Positions 1 to 13,420 of a stretch of 64,000 nucleotides of DNA are shown here, in pieces (position 1 is the stretch's first letter; every line of letters begins with the position of its first letter). Source of the DNA: Eledone cirrhosa (taxonomy: Eukaryota). A program made the position numbers and the translations under genes. Location: positions 239,878,001 to 239,942,000 of the forward strand of contig OZ024742.1 in the NCBI GenBank assembly GCA_964016885.1, written 5' to 3'. Under the pieces are notes generated by a model. The model had not been told where the DNA came from. It searched no databases and was given only the letters and a program-made list of their open reading frames with translations.

Positions 1-838
1 TAACTAGGGTAAGAACGGGATGGAAGAAGTTTAGGGAACTACTACCACTGCTAGCTGCAAAAGGCTTCTCCCTCAGAATGAAAGGCAGACTGTATGATGC
101 GTGTATCCGAACAGCGATGTTGCATGGTAGTGAGACCTGGGCGCTGAAGGTGGAAGACTTACGTAGATTAGAGAGAAACGAAGCCTGCATGCTCCGATGG
201 ATGTGTAACAGTAATATACGTGAACGACAAAGCATAAAGGAATTGAGAGAGAGACTGAGCATAAGAGGAATCAAATGCTGCGTGCAGGAGAGGCGGTTAC
301 GCTGGTATGGACATGTGATGCGTATGAAGGATGACAGCTGCATAAAAAGGTGCAGAGCACTAGAAGTTGATGGAAACCGCGGAGTGGGGAGACCCAAGAT
401 GACTTGGGATGAGGTGATAAAAGCCGACCTTACCCAACTACACCTCTCAAAGTCAATGACACACGACCGTGACTTCTAGCGTCACGCAGTAATACAGGGT
501 ACCCGACCTCCCATGGGTACATGCTGAAGCATATAAACAATATGCCCCCCCCCCCCCCCCCCGCAAGGTGGCCGTGGAGGTGCCACGGCAAAAAAGCACC
601 CAGCCCACACTGTAAAGTGGACGTGTAGGCGCCACGAAAAAGCACCCAGCACTCACTGTAAATGAGGTTGGTGTTAGGAAGGGCATCCAGCTGTAGAAAT
701 CAAGCCAGATCAGTTCCTGTATGAGCAAGGCATGGTCAGCCGACCAGACACTGCCCACAACAGGACAACCCGTCTAACCCATGCTAGCGTGGAAGAACGG
801 ACGTAAAACGGTGATGATGATGATGATGATGATGATGA
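1..838 (+). mobile_element. 3' portion of an RTE-like LINE (older subfamily of the element at 26.4-30.4 kb), with 3'UTR and (GAT)n tail
   Basis: Frame 3..479 encodes the RT C-terminus (RVRTGWKKFREL...MLHGSETW...RRLRWYGHVMRM...GRPKMTW), with TAG where the younger copies have Trp. The 3'UTR carries the motif ggttggtgttaggaagggcatccagctgtagaaa and a (gat)n tail at ~811-838. Cut by the window start. Confidence 0.9.
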
Positions 839-2094
839 TAGTATGATATGATATGGTGTAGATCCAAAATGTATATATGGTATGATGGGATGTAGAACAA
901 AAATTTATATGATGTAGTACGGTCTAGTATGGTGTGATGTAGATAAAAAATGATATGGTGGAATGTTGGACAAAAATGCATATGGTATGGCATGATATAT
1001 ATATAGAACAAAAATGTATGTATGATATATGTAGATCATTATTTAATGTAACACAACACAGGATGCAGTAAAAAAAAAATTGGGTTAAAAGGTTTGATTA
1101 AAAAAAAAAAAACCTACAGCTATCACTTTCAGTTGAGTGTCATCTGGTGGTAGTTACTACGTTTTCACTAAGGGTTTTACAGCCATAAGCTGACACAGAT
1201 ACCCTCTCAACCCTTCCTTTCTTGATCCAACAGAAAATCGAAAATGTGACAATTGGAAGGAGAGAAAGCCACACCAGCACTTGGCTGGTAGATACATTCT
1301 TTATCAACTGCAAAAGGGTAAAAGACAAAGTGGACTATGGCAGGATTTGGACTCAGAATGTAAAGACAAGTAACAAATAACCAGCACTCTAATGAGTATA
1401 TCAAATTGACAGTGGGCATATTCTGAGCCCAAACAGTTTACATGACCACATCTTGCTCACATGTTCCATTATGGCATGGTTTTATGACTGGATGTCATTC
1501 CTAATGCCAATCCCTTTACAGCATATACTGAGTGTATTTTATTGTGACACTAGCATTACCACTTTACAGAGATATTAGATATCTTTCTCAGTCTGTCATG
1601 GCTTACTAGTTTTACAATGAAAGACATTTCAATCGATTAAATAAACAAATAAAATACACCAAATATTTTATGGCAATGAAATTGTAATTATGTACACATC
1701 AAAGTGAGAGAGTGGGAAAGAGAAGGGGGAAAGAGATGGATAGATGGGAGCATTATTTAAATCTAAAATCTATAAACACTAAATTGCCAGAGTAAAAGTC
1801 AAAACACCAAACAGATGAAGAAAAACATTTGGAAATCTTTCCACTTTCATTGCATCCAAGAAAACAAGAAAAGAGAGAAGGGAAAAGGAAGATAAATTAT
1901 ATTTTTAAAGAAAGATTTTTCCAAGAATTTAATATTCAAGAAATACAATAAGTATAGTTGCTTACTACAAATGATTGATGTTTAGTAGCTATGTACTTGA
2001 CACTAGGGGAGTAGAGAAAGCAATATTTTTGTACCAGCTAGAAAAAAGAAATATTGCATTTCATGGATTTCTTTTCCATCCATAATCGTAAATA

Positions 2095-2245
2095 GGTGCA
2101 TGGCTGTGTAGTAAAGGAGTTTGCTTTGCAACCACTTGTTTATGGGTTCAGTCCTACTGTGTAGCACCTTGAGCAAGTGTTTTCTACTAAAGCCTCAAGT
2201 TGATCAATGCCATGCGAGTACAATATGGTAGGCAGAAACTGCAAA
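2095..2245 (+). mobile_element. tRNA-derived SINE head (family 2), degenerate
   Basis: A-box-like tggctgtgtagt, B-box-like ggttcagtcc, then ccttgagcaagtg. Similar copies at ~11750-12050 (-) and ~51466-51760 (+). Confidence 0.6.
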
Positions 2246-2356
2246 TCCAACCACATGTTGCATATATGAATTGCATCTGGTTATTTACTAATATAATTTA
2301 CAGTGAGTAATCCCTGTCCTACAGCACCAAAAATATTTCATTGAATTAAATAACAC

Positions 2357-2679
2357 AAGTGTGTAAGGTCGGAATTTATCAGATCGTCCTAGGTTTTTCT
2401 GGGTCTACCTACTCCATAACTACCATCAATTTTGATCGCCCTGCACATTTTTATACAGCTGTCGTCTTTCATGCGCATCACGTGGCCATACCAACGTAGT
2501 CTTCTGTCAAGTAAACAGCATCTGATCCCTCTTATTCCTAATTTCTCACTTAGTTCATTTATGCTTTGCCGTTCACGCATATTACTATTACACATCCAAC
2601 GGAGCATGCATGCTTCGTTCCTTTCCAGTCTGCGCAGGTCCTCTACACGTAATGCCCATGTCTCACTGCCATGTAGCAT
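2357..2679 (-). mobile_element. Internal fragment of the RTE-like LINE (RT C-terminus)
   Basis: ORF 2389..2679 MLHGSETWALRVEDLRRLERNEACMLRW... closely matches the other copies. The 5' junction abuts a short (TA)n. Confidence 0.85.
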
Positions 2680-2770
2680 ATATATATATATAAAGAGTTT
2701 GCAGTATAGAGACCAGGAAGACCACAGGACAGTATAGTATTCAATGTATGTTTAAGGACAGAGTTCATAT

Positions 2771-3397
2771 CTTAGTCTCAGATTCTTCCGCGCCGTTCGG
2801 CGCATCGAGCAGTAGGTACTCGCCAACGGTCACGATCAGCGGCAACTTTTTCGAGACCGTGCCAGGTGATATTGACTGCCATCAGGTCCTTCCGGAACGT
2901 TCATCGCCAGGTGCTCCTTAGGCAACCCCGCCTCCGTTTACTGCCAGGCGGAATCCAGTTAATCGCTGTTTCCGAATGCCGTTCATTTGGCAGACGCAGA
3001 ATATGGCCAGCCTGACGGCACCGACGCTCCGTGACCACTCTCTGTAGCGTCCACGACTCGGCTCTCTGCCGGATCTCCTCGTTTCGCACTCGGTCGCGCC
3101 AGGACACACGAAGGATCTTTCGCAGGCAACACTGGTGGAAAGTGTTCAGCTCTCTCTCTATTTTTGCCGTACTCTTCCAGGTCTCGCTCACATAAAGCAC
3201 TGTCGGCAGCACAATGCTCTTGTACAGGTGGAGCTTGGTCTTGGTGCTAATGCATGAAGACGACCAGACTGGGCACAGCCGCTGGAAAACTGCGGCTCCT
3301 TTACCGATCCGACAGTTGATGTCGAGCTCCGCGTCGCCGCTGCTTGTCAGGATGCTGCCCAGATAGGTGAAGTGATCGACTTCCTCGAGGTCCTGTG
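2771..3397 (-). mobile_element. 5'-truncated LINE of a different RTE-like family (RT thumb/C-terminus)
   Basis: GC-rich. The minus strand reads EEVDHFTYLGSIL...LYKSIVLPTVLYVSETW...AGHILRLP...W-x-P-x-G-KRRRG, with internal stops. Confidence 0.8.
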
Positions 3398-4013
3398 ATC
3401 AGAGTTCATATACTAATTAGCAAAACCCACCTCTGGTTCTGTGAAATAAACCACCCATTTTAAAATGCTTCCTATTTAAATAGAAGTCTACCAGCATGAC
3501 TTTATAAAGTGCCATGTGTCAAGTTACTATTTTAGTAATGAAATAATAATTTTAGGGAATCACTCAAAATTCTTCATTAATTGAAATGAAATAGAGTTTG
3601 TCTCAATAGAAAAACAGTCATGTACTAATCAGGTACAAATTTACAAAATAGAATATAGGAATTTGTTACTATTACTGAACATGCTTTGAAAAGAGCCAAT
3701 ACTTTCTAACTTTGAAATGTGTAATGTCAACAATTTTTATAACTCAAAAAATACAGAGGGGAAAAAAATAACAAAAACTATTTTAAAAGAGATAAGAAAA
3801 CACAATTATCTACAAAATAAAACATTAAAAAAATATATATAAGTGAGTTTTTCTGAGATGGAGAAAGAACAAGAGCTGGGTAAAGCCTTGTACTAGAGCA
3901 GGTCTAGACATGTTGCTGGACTATTGGATCAATAATTATGCAGTAACATATGATCATTAGATATTAGATACAGGTTATAATAAATAATTGATACTAACAC
4001 ATCCAAAATGTAA

Positions 4014-4453
4014 TTAACCCTTACATTACCATATATCTAATTAAAGACACTGCCAATGATTTTGCAAAGATTTAGTAATAAGACTAAGTTCCTCATTATT
4101 ACGTGGGTGTTTAGAACGGCGAATTCGCAGTATTGGTAGAGCATTGGACACCATCCTTCGTTGCACAGTTACGTACAGCCCTTTTCATACTGATTTCAAA
4201 TCCCGCCGAGATTAGCTTTGTCTTTCAGCCTTACGGGGTCGATAAAATAAAGCACCAGTAACACACTGGGATCGATTTAATCAACTTTCACTCCCTCAAA
4301 ATTGTTGGTCTTATGCCTAAATCAGAAACTATTATGTGGGAGTTTGGAACTTAAAGGTTCTTACAGAAAATTATGATGGAAGTATTTAAAATAAGCAGTT
4401 CTCTATCGTGAAACGAAGGTCCATTTCAGGCAGCTAGCTATCAAATGTGTTAA
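4014..4453. mobile_element. TTAA-CCCT MITE (family 1) interrupted by a SINE
   Basis: Starts ttaacccttacattaccatat and ends tatcaaatgtgttaa. Internal sequence is shared with other family-1 copies. Confidence 0.6.
4117..4335 (+). mobile_element. tRNA-derived SINE (family 1) nested in a MITE
   Basis: B-box-like tttcaaatcc and central motif ctttcagccttacggggtcgataaaataaagcaccag. Diverged ~20-bp target duplication attacgtgggtgtttagaac / attatgtgggagtttggaac. Confidence 0.75.
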
Positions 4454-5367
4454 TTCTAAATACTAAGAATGTATATGATGATGATGATGATGTATCTGTT
4501 ACACATCTGTTTTTTCTACATATGCAAAGGAGTTTCTATTGAGTCAGTCTCGATATCTTTAGATAAAATATTTAACCCTTTCATTAACACAGTTTTAATG
4601 ATAGGCACTACCTATGGTTTTCAATTAATTTTGAAAATAATCAAGAATTTGGAAGGACTTAAGAAAATAATTTTCAGATTATTAAGCTAATGTTTGGAAC
4701 ATAAAAGTGCTTACATAAAATTATGGTGGAATGTGTTCTGGATGCATTGTATGATGGCACTAGCACTAAGGAAGTTGTTATGTCTTTGACACAACTGAAG
4801 AGTCCTCTTAACCTTTTGTTTGTCACGTTTTCTATGGTTGGATGCCCTACCAACCACTTTATAGAGTTTACTGGGAGCTTGTTATCATGGCACCAGCACT
4901 GAGGAGGTTGTCATGTCTTTGACACAACAGAAGAGTCCTCTTGACCCTTTGTTTGGCAAGTTTTCGATGGCTGTATCCCCTTCTTATAACTAACCACCCA
5001 CACACACTTAGGTCAATTTGGCTATTTAGTCTGGCTCTGAGTGCTCTGAGATCAAATCCTGCTGAGATCCACTTTGTCTTTCATCATTTCAGAATACAGC
5101 CTTCTCTACTTCCAGTTGTTACATCCTGGCTTTTCTGCTGGATCAACAAGAGGGACGTTCTAAAGGCTGTCTGCTCATGACTGCATTGGCACATAGAAAC
5201 TCTAAGCAACAACAACCTGCATACTTCCTTCCAAGTCATACTTGATTGCGAATGACAGATGCAGTGTGTGTGTGTGTGTGCAAAAACATCAAAAACTACA
5301 GGTGTATAATAAACATATGGTGAGATGATTTGATGATAAGGACTGCATTAATAAATGTTGCAGGTCA

Positions 5368-5442
5368 AGAGAGAGAGAGAGAGAGAGAGAGCAATAAGGG
5401 GAAGAGAGGGGGCTGTGAGGAGGAAAGAGAGAGAGAGAGAGA

Positions 5443-5490
<48 letters not shown>
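5368..5490. repeat. (GA)n microsatellite
   Basis: Visible directly. Confidence 0.95.
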
Positions 5491-5494
<4 letters not shown>

Positions 5495-5734
5495 AATTAC
5501 AATAAGAAGTGAGGAGAAGGGAGAGTGGAAGGGTAGACTAGAAAAATGAAACTACATTAAGCAGTGGAGGGGGGAGAGGAAGAGAGAGATGAAAGAGAAA
5601 AAAACTGCAATAAACTAGTTCAAGTAGATAGAAAAAGGATAAGACTATAAATGGAAATGTCACAACCAGAAATAACATTGAGTGGCAGAGATCAGAGACT
5701 GGGTTAACCTATACCTGAACAGAAAGATTATAAT

Positions 5735-6210
5735 AATTGTTTCTACTCTTGGCACAAGGCCAGTAATTCGAAGAGAAGGGGAAAGTCAATCAAATTGACT
5801 CCATTGCATTATTGATACTTTATTTCATCAATCCTGTTAAGATCAAGGGTAAAGCTAACCTCAGTGGGATTTGAACTCAGAAAGTAAAGAATCAGGATAA
5901 ATAATGGTTTCTCATTTAAGTACAAGGCCAGCAATTTGGGGTGAGGGGTAAGTTGATTAAATCAACCCCCAGTGTATGACTGGTACTTTATTTTATCGAC
6001 CCCATAATGATGAAAGGCAAAATTAACCTCGGTGGGATTTGAACTCGGAATGTAAAGAATCAGGATAAATAATTGTTTCTACCTTTGGCACAAGGCCAGC
6101 AATTATCCAGTACATTACTGGTACTTTATTTTATCGACCCCGCAAGAATCAGGATAAATAATGCAAGCTATTTTATCTAATGCTACACTGTTTCAATTAA
6201 TCTACTGCCA
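5735..6210 (-). mobile_element. Tandem cluster of about 3 partial family-1 SINE units
   Basis: Repeated ttgtttctact..ggcacaaggccag...ggtactttattttatcgacccc...gggatttgaactc units, joined at aagaatcaggataaataat. Confidence 0.75.
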
Positions 6211-8458
6211 CGATGATGATAATGATGATACTGGTGGTTGCAGAGACGATGGAGATGAAACATTAAACATTTGAACAGATGTTAAGGGGTCAATTCTGAT
6301 GTATATTAAAAAGTTAAGTAAAGTTGACCCCAATGTATTACTAGTATGTTATATTAGGTTTCACTATGACTTTTTGAAAATACTAACCTCTACTGTACTT
6401 TTTCTTGGAGAGCATCCAAAAAGAAACATTTTAATACCTCATTTGTCAAATTTGGGTGAATAGTTTAGGAAGTTTGACAATTTGAATGGTCGGCGAATTG
6501 GTCGAAATCTTGCCTAATTAGGCCTAAATGAATAATTAACCATATTTGTGGTGTCATATCTTTGAAACTGAAGTGATGATCATCTTCAAATTACATAAAT
6601 TAATAGTGCCCATGGGATAGCAGTTGCTTTTTTTTTTTCAGGTTCTTGAAAATTATATTATTTTGTTGCATGTAAGAAATAGTCGTTTTCGCAACCTGAG
6701 TATAAGCTTTTCATATTTTTAGACCTAACTAAATTCAAAAGTACAAGCAACATGGACTTGAGTTTTGGCACATTTATAGTAGGTATAGAACTAAATATAT
6801 TGTGAGATTTTGGGGCATGATACCATTTGAATAAAATTTAAATGAACTATTAAAAGGCTGTCGCAAGATTTTTCATGCATTTTCAGACATGGCTATATTG
6901 CATATTGTCAGGGGGCTTAGCTTTGAAACACAGGTACAGCGTATAAACCTGAATCCCCTCTGTAATATTGGAGCTTTACAATACATTTAATAGGTATCCC
7001 TGTAGAGCACCATGAAAGGGGCGATACACACAGTTTGCTTGATGATTTCATGTCAAAATATATTTTTAAAGTTGTGGATGTGAATTTTCTTCTCAAATAC
7101 TTTTGATCAAAACCCAACATTTACATATCATGCCAGGTTACTAATTCAATACAGGTATTGCCAAGGCTTAAAAGTTAAGCCAAGTGTTACTAACAGCCTT
7201 TATATATAAAGTAATGTTTTCTACTCTAACATTGCAAAATTTTCACAACTTGTCAACTAGTAAAGATACTATAAACATTGGAACTGACAAACATGTTTTT
7301 TCTTAAATATAATTTTTCCTAAATCATTACAGAATGTTAAAAGTTTATATAAAATAAAAAAAATTCACATAAAAGCAATTTTTCTGTCTGTTACCAAACT
7401 ATTACTTTGAGGAAACTACATTGCAAATATGCACCCAAAGCATAAATATAACTACACCTATATACAGTAAGAGGCAGTGAATTGATTGAGTTGTTACAAC
7501 ATTAGATAGAATGCTTTATGATATTCCTTTCAGCCCTCTGCCCTCTAACTACAGAAATGAACTTGATCAAAATCCGACACTTACATATAATGTCACATCC
7601 TTTCAATCACCCTCGTATTTCCACCCATTTATAATTTTTGTTTCATTTTCATTTTTGACTGCTGAACAGTAACGCTAGTTCTAGTTCAATGTGTTGGAGC
7701 ACTATAACTTGGTCTGTGTTGAAAATGATACAGTCTTGAAGAGGATTTCTTTTGCTTTATTTTGATATAAAACTTGATAGGGGTAGATCAGATAATTATG
7801 AAATATAAAAGTAAAAATGTTATCATTAATTTTCACTAAGAAAAAAAAAAAGAACTAACATATTTTCAAGATTTTTACACCATAAGAAAGAAAAAAAAAT
7901 GTTCACAAATTCAATACGGACATTGCCTATTCTGGTCACGAGATGGCACAAAAAGCACAAAGTCAATAAAAAGGGAAATACCATGTATGTTCGTAACATA
8001 TATTGACGTGGCATATTTCTGTGTGGAGAGAGCTGAAACAGCACGAATCCAAGTAAACATATATTTCTATGGAAAAAATGCACTAAATTGAGCTACATAA
8101 ATCTTCTAGAGCCCCAAATTAGTATAGAATTATCGTATTGAGAATGTTGTTTATTCCCTCTCACTGTTTTAACATATGGAAAGTGAGGTCAGAATAAAAA
8201 TTATATCGTGTAATGAATATTATTTTGTAGACTGTTAAAGCCTGATGTGATGCACCCCCACCGAATACTGTCGATAATTTATGGTAGTGTTTACATTTTC
8301 ACAAGCAGTGTTGATTTGTTTTTCCGCTCCCCTCTCTTTCCCCAGTTAACAAGTTTGCTTACAGGAATTAGTTTTTCTTTGTCTTTTAATCTAAATGCAA
8401 TTCTGAAGTTTCATTAATAATTAAATAAAATTGAATAATTTTATTGATAAATATCATT

Positions 8459-8646
8459 AATTGTTTCTACTTTAGGCACAAGGCCAGCAATTACCCAGTG
8501 CATTACTGGTACTTTATTTTATCGACCCCGTAAGGATGAAAGGCAAAGTCAACCTCGGCGGGATTTGAACTCAGATTGTAAAGGGCCGTAACTATGCTGT
8601 AAAGCATGGCGTCCGACCCTCTACCGATACTGCCAATCCACCGCCC
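8459..8646 (-). mobile_element. Full-length tRNA-derived SINE (family 1) with target-site duplication
   Basis: Minus strand has A-box tggcagtatcgg, B-box gttcaaatcc and core gcctttcatccttacggggtcgataaaataaagtaccag. 15-bp TSD ttgataaatatcatt at 8444-8458 and 8647-8661. Confidence 0.9.
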
Positions 8647-8699
8647 TTGATAAATATCATTGATAAATATTGATAAATATCATTAATGCTTTGTAACAT

Positions 8700-8931
8700 T
8701 AAGGCTGTTAGTAATGTGAAACATTACTTTATATATACTATTATATTTTCATGGTAAAGGCTTTACCTCACATAATTATCTCGCATAATATCGAATCTAT
8801 GAGATTTTGAAAGTATTTATTTTGAGAACAATACCTTAACATCAGTTTGAGCGACCAGTTACAGCCAGTTTCAACAGAAAGAGGTAGAGAATTCTGGCCG
8901 GTTTTGGCCGGTTTGAACACTAAAGGGTTAA
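8700..8931. mobile_element. Terminus of a TTAA-flanked (piggyBac-like) non-autonomous DNA element; left boundary not determined
   Basis: Ends ...gccggtttgaacactaaagggTTAA. 8806-8931 is the near reverse complement of 63883-64000. Confidence 0.6.
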
Positions 8932-9758
8932 TGTAGTGTAATCACAATGCTGGTTTGTACTTTACAAGAATGTCTTGCTAAATTGGTTTGTTAGTTCAAA
9001 TGTTTATAGAATCTTTACTAGTGGACAGATCATAGTGAAGCTGTTTTGTACTTTATAAGAATGTCTTGGTAATGCAGTTTCATGTGGTATAAGACGTTAA
9101 GAATTAACATAAATGGTGCCTTATTCAGAATTTAAACTTGCATAATGAGTGAAAAATCACAGCAAAATTATTGTTACAAATCAAAATGGTGTCATAACAT
9201 TAAACATAATTAGATAGTAGAACACATAATTTAATTAGTAAAAATTAATAACACTGTACAATAAAATTGGAATCTAATTAGGATTTTACTATAATTAAAC
9301 AAAACAATGTTTCTCTGAGGTAGTCAAGCAGTAATATTTAACATGGAAATCAAAGTAAATTTCCCCCAAAGCAAAGAGCAATAAAACAAACTTAAATCAG
9401 TTCTATTCCTACTATTAATAAAATCTAAAAATAATATATTTTAAAATAATTTAAACTAATGAGAGCAGTGCAATCATATTTCTATGATAAACGTATTTCT
9501 AAAATACAGTTTATCATCATCATCATCATTTTAACATCCACTTTCCCTGCTAGTAAGGATTGGTTTATGTTTCAATTAATTTTTTAAATAATAAATTATT
9601 TGTAGGGATTTTGTTTTACAAAACAAATTTTTTTTTTCATTATTTACTCTTAATAACTTAACAAAACATTTTTAAACAGTTGAAATCAGCCAATAACTAC
9701 ACCACATCAATAATTCTTAAGTCTTTATTTTAATAATGGAAATTTTCACAATGATTTA

Positions 9759-10724
9759 TCTATATATATAAAACTGAGGATGTCTGTCTGTGTGTGTGTG
9801 TATCTGTGAGTTTGAATCCCTAAAACTCGAGAAGCACCCTACCGACTGTTTTCAAACTTTACACATGTAATGCTTATGTTTCAGGGAGTGTTCTGAGCAA
9901 AAAGAATTTCAAATTTTCAATGCCCTAGGGATCGCATTAGGCGATTTAGCGATCTCTCTCTATAATTCTTAGTCTTTCTCTTTTTAGATAGATACATACA
10001 TATAACATCGCGCCCTTATAACATCTGTCTGTATGTCTGACTGTCTGCATTACGTCACTTCCCACAATTCCCTCTGCGTCCAGAACGCGCCCTTATAATA
10101 TCTGTCTATCTGCATTACGTCACTTCCCTGAGGATGTCTGTGTGCGCGTGTGTGTCTGAGTTTGAATCCCTAAAACTTGACATGTGTATTACTTATGTTT
10201 CAGGGATGGTTATGGACATAAAAAATTCAACTTTTTGATCCCTTAGGGCCCGCATTAGGTGAAAAACTCCGTTTTTTCAGGTTTTTTAGGTTTTTTTAGG
10301 CATTACGTCAGACCGATATCCTTGAAATTGTAACTATGTATTAGTCAGTCTCTTCTTCATACTGTGAGCAAAGAAAATCCAACTTTTTTATGGCCTAGGG
10401 TCCGCATTAGGTGAAAAACTTCATTTTTTCAGCTTTTTAGAGCTTTTTTGAGGCGTTACGTCTAGCCGATTTTCCCGAAATTTCAAGGCATATTATGCAC
10501 ATAAAAAAAATTCATTTTCTTGATCCCCCTAGAGTCCGCATTAGGTGAAAACCTGCATTTTTCCTGCTTCATAGAGGAAAATCTTAAAGATTATCCAGCC
10601 ATCAGAGTATTCGGTTTATTTTCTTTACATATTGTCCAGGTATGTAGTTTTGCCACGATTAGGTCTGTTGGCGGCTCGCGTTCCAAAATACCTTATCCCG
10701 TGCAATGCCGGGTACTACTGCTAG
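9759..10724 (+). mobile_element. Non-autonomous Helitron
   Basis: Inserted between A and T. 5' end TCtatatatataaaactga, subterminal hairpin cccgtgcaatgccggg (10697-10712), 3' end CTAG. Internal duplicated blocks (gaggatgtctg..., cgcattaggtgaaa). Confidence 0.85.
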
Positions 10725-10847
10725 TCATCTATAAGCATTTGAATTTACAGGTAACATTAAAAGACATTCTTGAAAAGTACAAAACAGCATGATGAATGCA
10801 CCATATTAATAATCAGACTCTTTAATACTGCAAATTTTCAGAATGAT

Positions 10848-11605
10848 CTATCCACTAGTAGATAATATAGACATTTGAATTAATTACAAGGTATATTGAT
10901 ATTGTAGATTTTAGATTTATCCACTAGTAAAGATAATATAGACATTTGAATTAAGTACGAAGTATTTTGATATGGTAAAGTTTAGATTTATCCACTAGTA
11001 AAGATAATATAAACATTTGAATTAAGTACGAAGTATTTTGATATGGTAAAGTTTAGATTTATCCACTAGTAAAGATAATATAGACATTCAAATTAAGTAC
11101 GAAGTATTTTGATGTGGTAAAGATAATATAGACATTCGAATTAAGTAGTAACTATATTGATATGGTAAAGTTTAGATTTATCTACTAGTAAAGATAATAT
11201 AGATATTTGAATTAAGTTTGAAGTATTTTGATATGGTAAAGTTTAGATTTATCCACTAGTAAAGATAATATAGACATTCGAATTAAGTACGAAGTCTTTT
11301 GATATGGTAAAGTTTAAATTTATCCACTAGTAAAGATAATATAGACATTCGAATTAAGTAGTAACTATATTGATATGGTAAAGTTTAGATTTATCTACTA
11401 GTAAAGATAATATAGACATTCAAATTAAGTAGTAACTATATTGATATGGTAAAGTTTAGATTTATCTACTAGTAAAGATAATATAGACATTCAAATTAAG
11501 TAGTAACTATATTGATATGGTAAAGTTTAGATTTATCTACTAGTAAAGATAATATAGACATTTGAATTAAGTATGAAGTATTTTGATATGGTAAAGTTCA
11601 TATTT
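10848..11605. repeat. 71-bp minisatellite, about 11 units
   Basis: ccactagtaaagataat recurs at 10921, 10992, 11063 (period 71). Two unit variants (aagtacgaagtattttga / aagtagtaactatattga) and one shortened unit. Confidence 0.95.
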
Positions 11606-11749
11606 ATGAAGTAAATACCATCTGTTTTAAATGGCAGTAAGCTATGTTTATAAATAGCAAAGAAAACATCAGAAAGATAGAAACAGATAATGCATAAGGA
11701 TACCATATCAAAATTTAGAAAATGGAATGGATATGTGTTGATTTTAATG

Positions 11750-12050
11750 ATGAATGTTCCAGTTGTTTGATCAATGGCACAGCTTGCTTATGAAATTAAC
11801 TTGTAAGTGACTAGGCATTCCACAGACACATGTACGCTTAGTGTAATTTACAGGGAGATTCACTGTGAAGCTGGGTGATAAGTCTGGCCTTTTGAATTAT
11901 ATGTACAGGCCATTCTTCCATCGACCCAATTTCACAAGGAATAGGTTGTCCTGAAGCCATGGTAAATAGCACATGCCCAAGATACCATGCAAGGGATTGA
12001 ACCTGGGACCTAATGATTGCAGAAAGAACTTCTTAAACATATGGCTACAC
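11750..12050 (-). mobile_element. tRNA-derived SINE (family 2), degenerate
   Basis: Reverse complement of the head seen at 2095 and 51466, plus a shared downstream body. Confidence 0.6.
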
Positions 12051-13027
12051 ACACACATACACACACACACACACACACACAATGGGCTTATACTAAATAG
12101 ATAAGTGTACTAAACGACCGTTATTTTAAATAGAAGTGGATCTGCATCATTAATAATGAAAGCAATAGCATTGAATATAATAAAAAATGTATTAGTCTAG
12201 ATTTGGAGCTCAATACTATATATATATACACATGAATTTATATGAAATTTTGGAGTATATTTGCACAAATGACAGGCAGGATTAAATGTATCGGTAATTT
12301 TGGAGAAATAACTATTTACAGAACTTAGATAGAGTTATAACCCAGGACCTCGTGATTGGACTGTGAACTTGTTATTATAGCAACATGACTGAAATAGTGA
12401 GTAAATCTTAAACATACACACACACATTATTGTGGTTGATAAGTGGATATTTTGTGGGTGAGGAATGTACCTTCATTGGCTGCAATATCTCTATTAGGTG
12501 ACTGCCCGTGACAATGACAAAAAACATTGAATTATCTGTGGGTTTTTTTTAATAAAAGATAGCTATTCTCTATTGAAAATATGACATGTAGTATAAAACA
12601 TTAATCAAATATTGCAATATACACACACATTCATTTTTCCATCAACATAAAATTAACTGAAATCAATCATTTATAGTAAAGAGAAAGAAAAAAACCCTAA
12701 TAATATGAGTTTGTATGTAATCAATAAAAAAAATAAAAATAAAGTGTAGATGTTTAAAGGAAAAGCTATGGTATTGTACAGGAAAACTACATTATGGTTC
12801 CTCAGTGTCAAATTGATGTTGATTAATATTTATTCAGAATTAAATCAATTTCAAAAGAAATATATACTGCTAGTAGCATGTGATATGTATGCATCTACTA
12901 TCACTGTCAAATACATGTTTGGTCATTTGAAGATCATAAACATGGGAGAGAGAGAGAGATTTATGTTCACACACTAGTGTCAACAAACCCTTATTTACTA
13001 CAATTCTGCACTGGCAAATATAACCAT

Positions 13028-13263
13028 TTAACCCTTTTGATACCAAACTTGAGACTGCCACAGCTGCAATCATAGAAAATGTTTTATATTTATCTAAACA
13101 TCCTTCCATCATAATTCTATGTAAGAACCTTATTAAGTTATATTCCACACATAAGATAAATAATGAGAAAATTGGTTATATTACTAAATCTCTCTTGAAA
13201 ATTCTTTTTTAAAAATCATAAGCAGCATCTTTCATTAGAAATATGGTAAATGCAAAGGGTTAA
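13028..13263. mobile_element. TTAA-CCCT MITE family 1
   Basis: Termini ttaacccttttgatacc ... ggtaaatgcaaagggttaa; internal sequence shared with many copies. Confidence 0.75.
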
Positions 13264-13305
13264 AGTTCAACAGTAAAATGTAATTTATTTAGAGTTCAGC
13301 ACTAG

Positions 13306-13420
13306 TGAAGGCACATGGCCTGGTGATTAGAGTGTTGGACTCATCATAAGGTCATGGGTTTGATTCCAGAACCAAGCAGCACATTGTGTTCTTAAGCAAG
13401 ACACTTCACTTTATGGTGCT
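13306..13420 (+). mobile_element. tRNA-derived SINE head (family 3)
   Basis: tggcctggtgattag A-box-like, ggtttgattcc B-box-like, then ttgtgttcttaagcaagacactt. Related minus-strand copies at ~44240-44345, 50270-50370, 55020-55095 and 58440-58575. Confidence 0.6.

Noticed and set aside
6282-6930. Possible DNA-transposon relic starting ttaagggg (similar texture at ~15100-15960)
   Set aside because: No matching second terminus or second copy found by eye, so boundaries cannot be supported.
8459-8646. tRNA genes suggested by A/B boxes here and in similar copies
   Set aside because: Extended spacing, SINE body and tail, TSDs and multiple diverged copies indicate SINEs, not tRNAs.
10848-11605. Regular repeat array resembling CRISPR
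   Set aside because: Units are contiguous 71-bp tandem copies with no unique spacers, there are no cas genes, and the context is eukaryotic.
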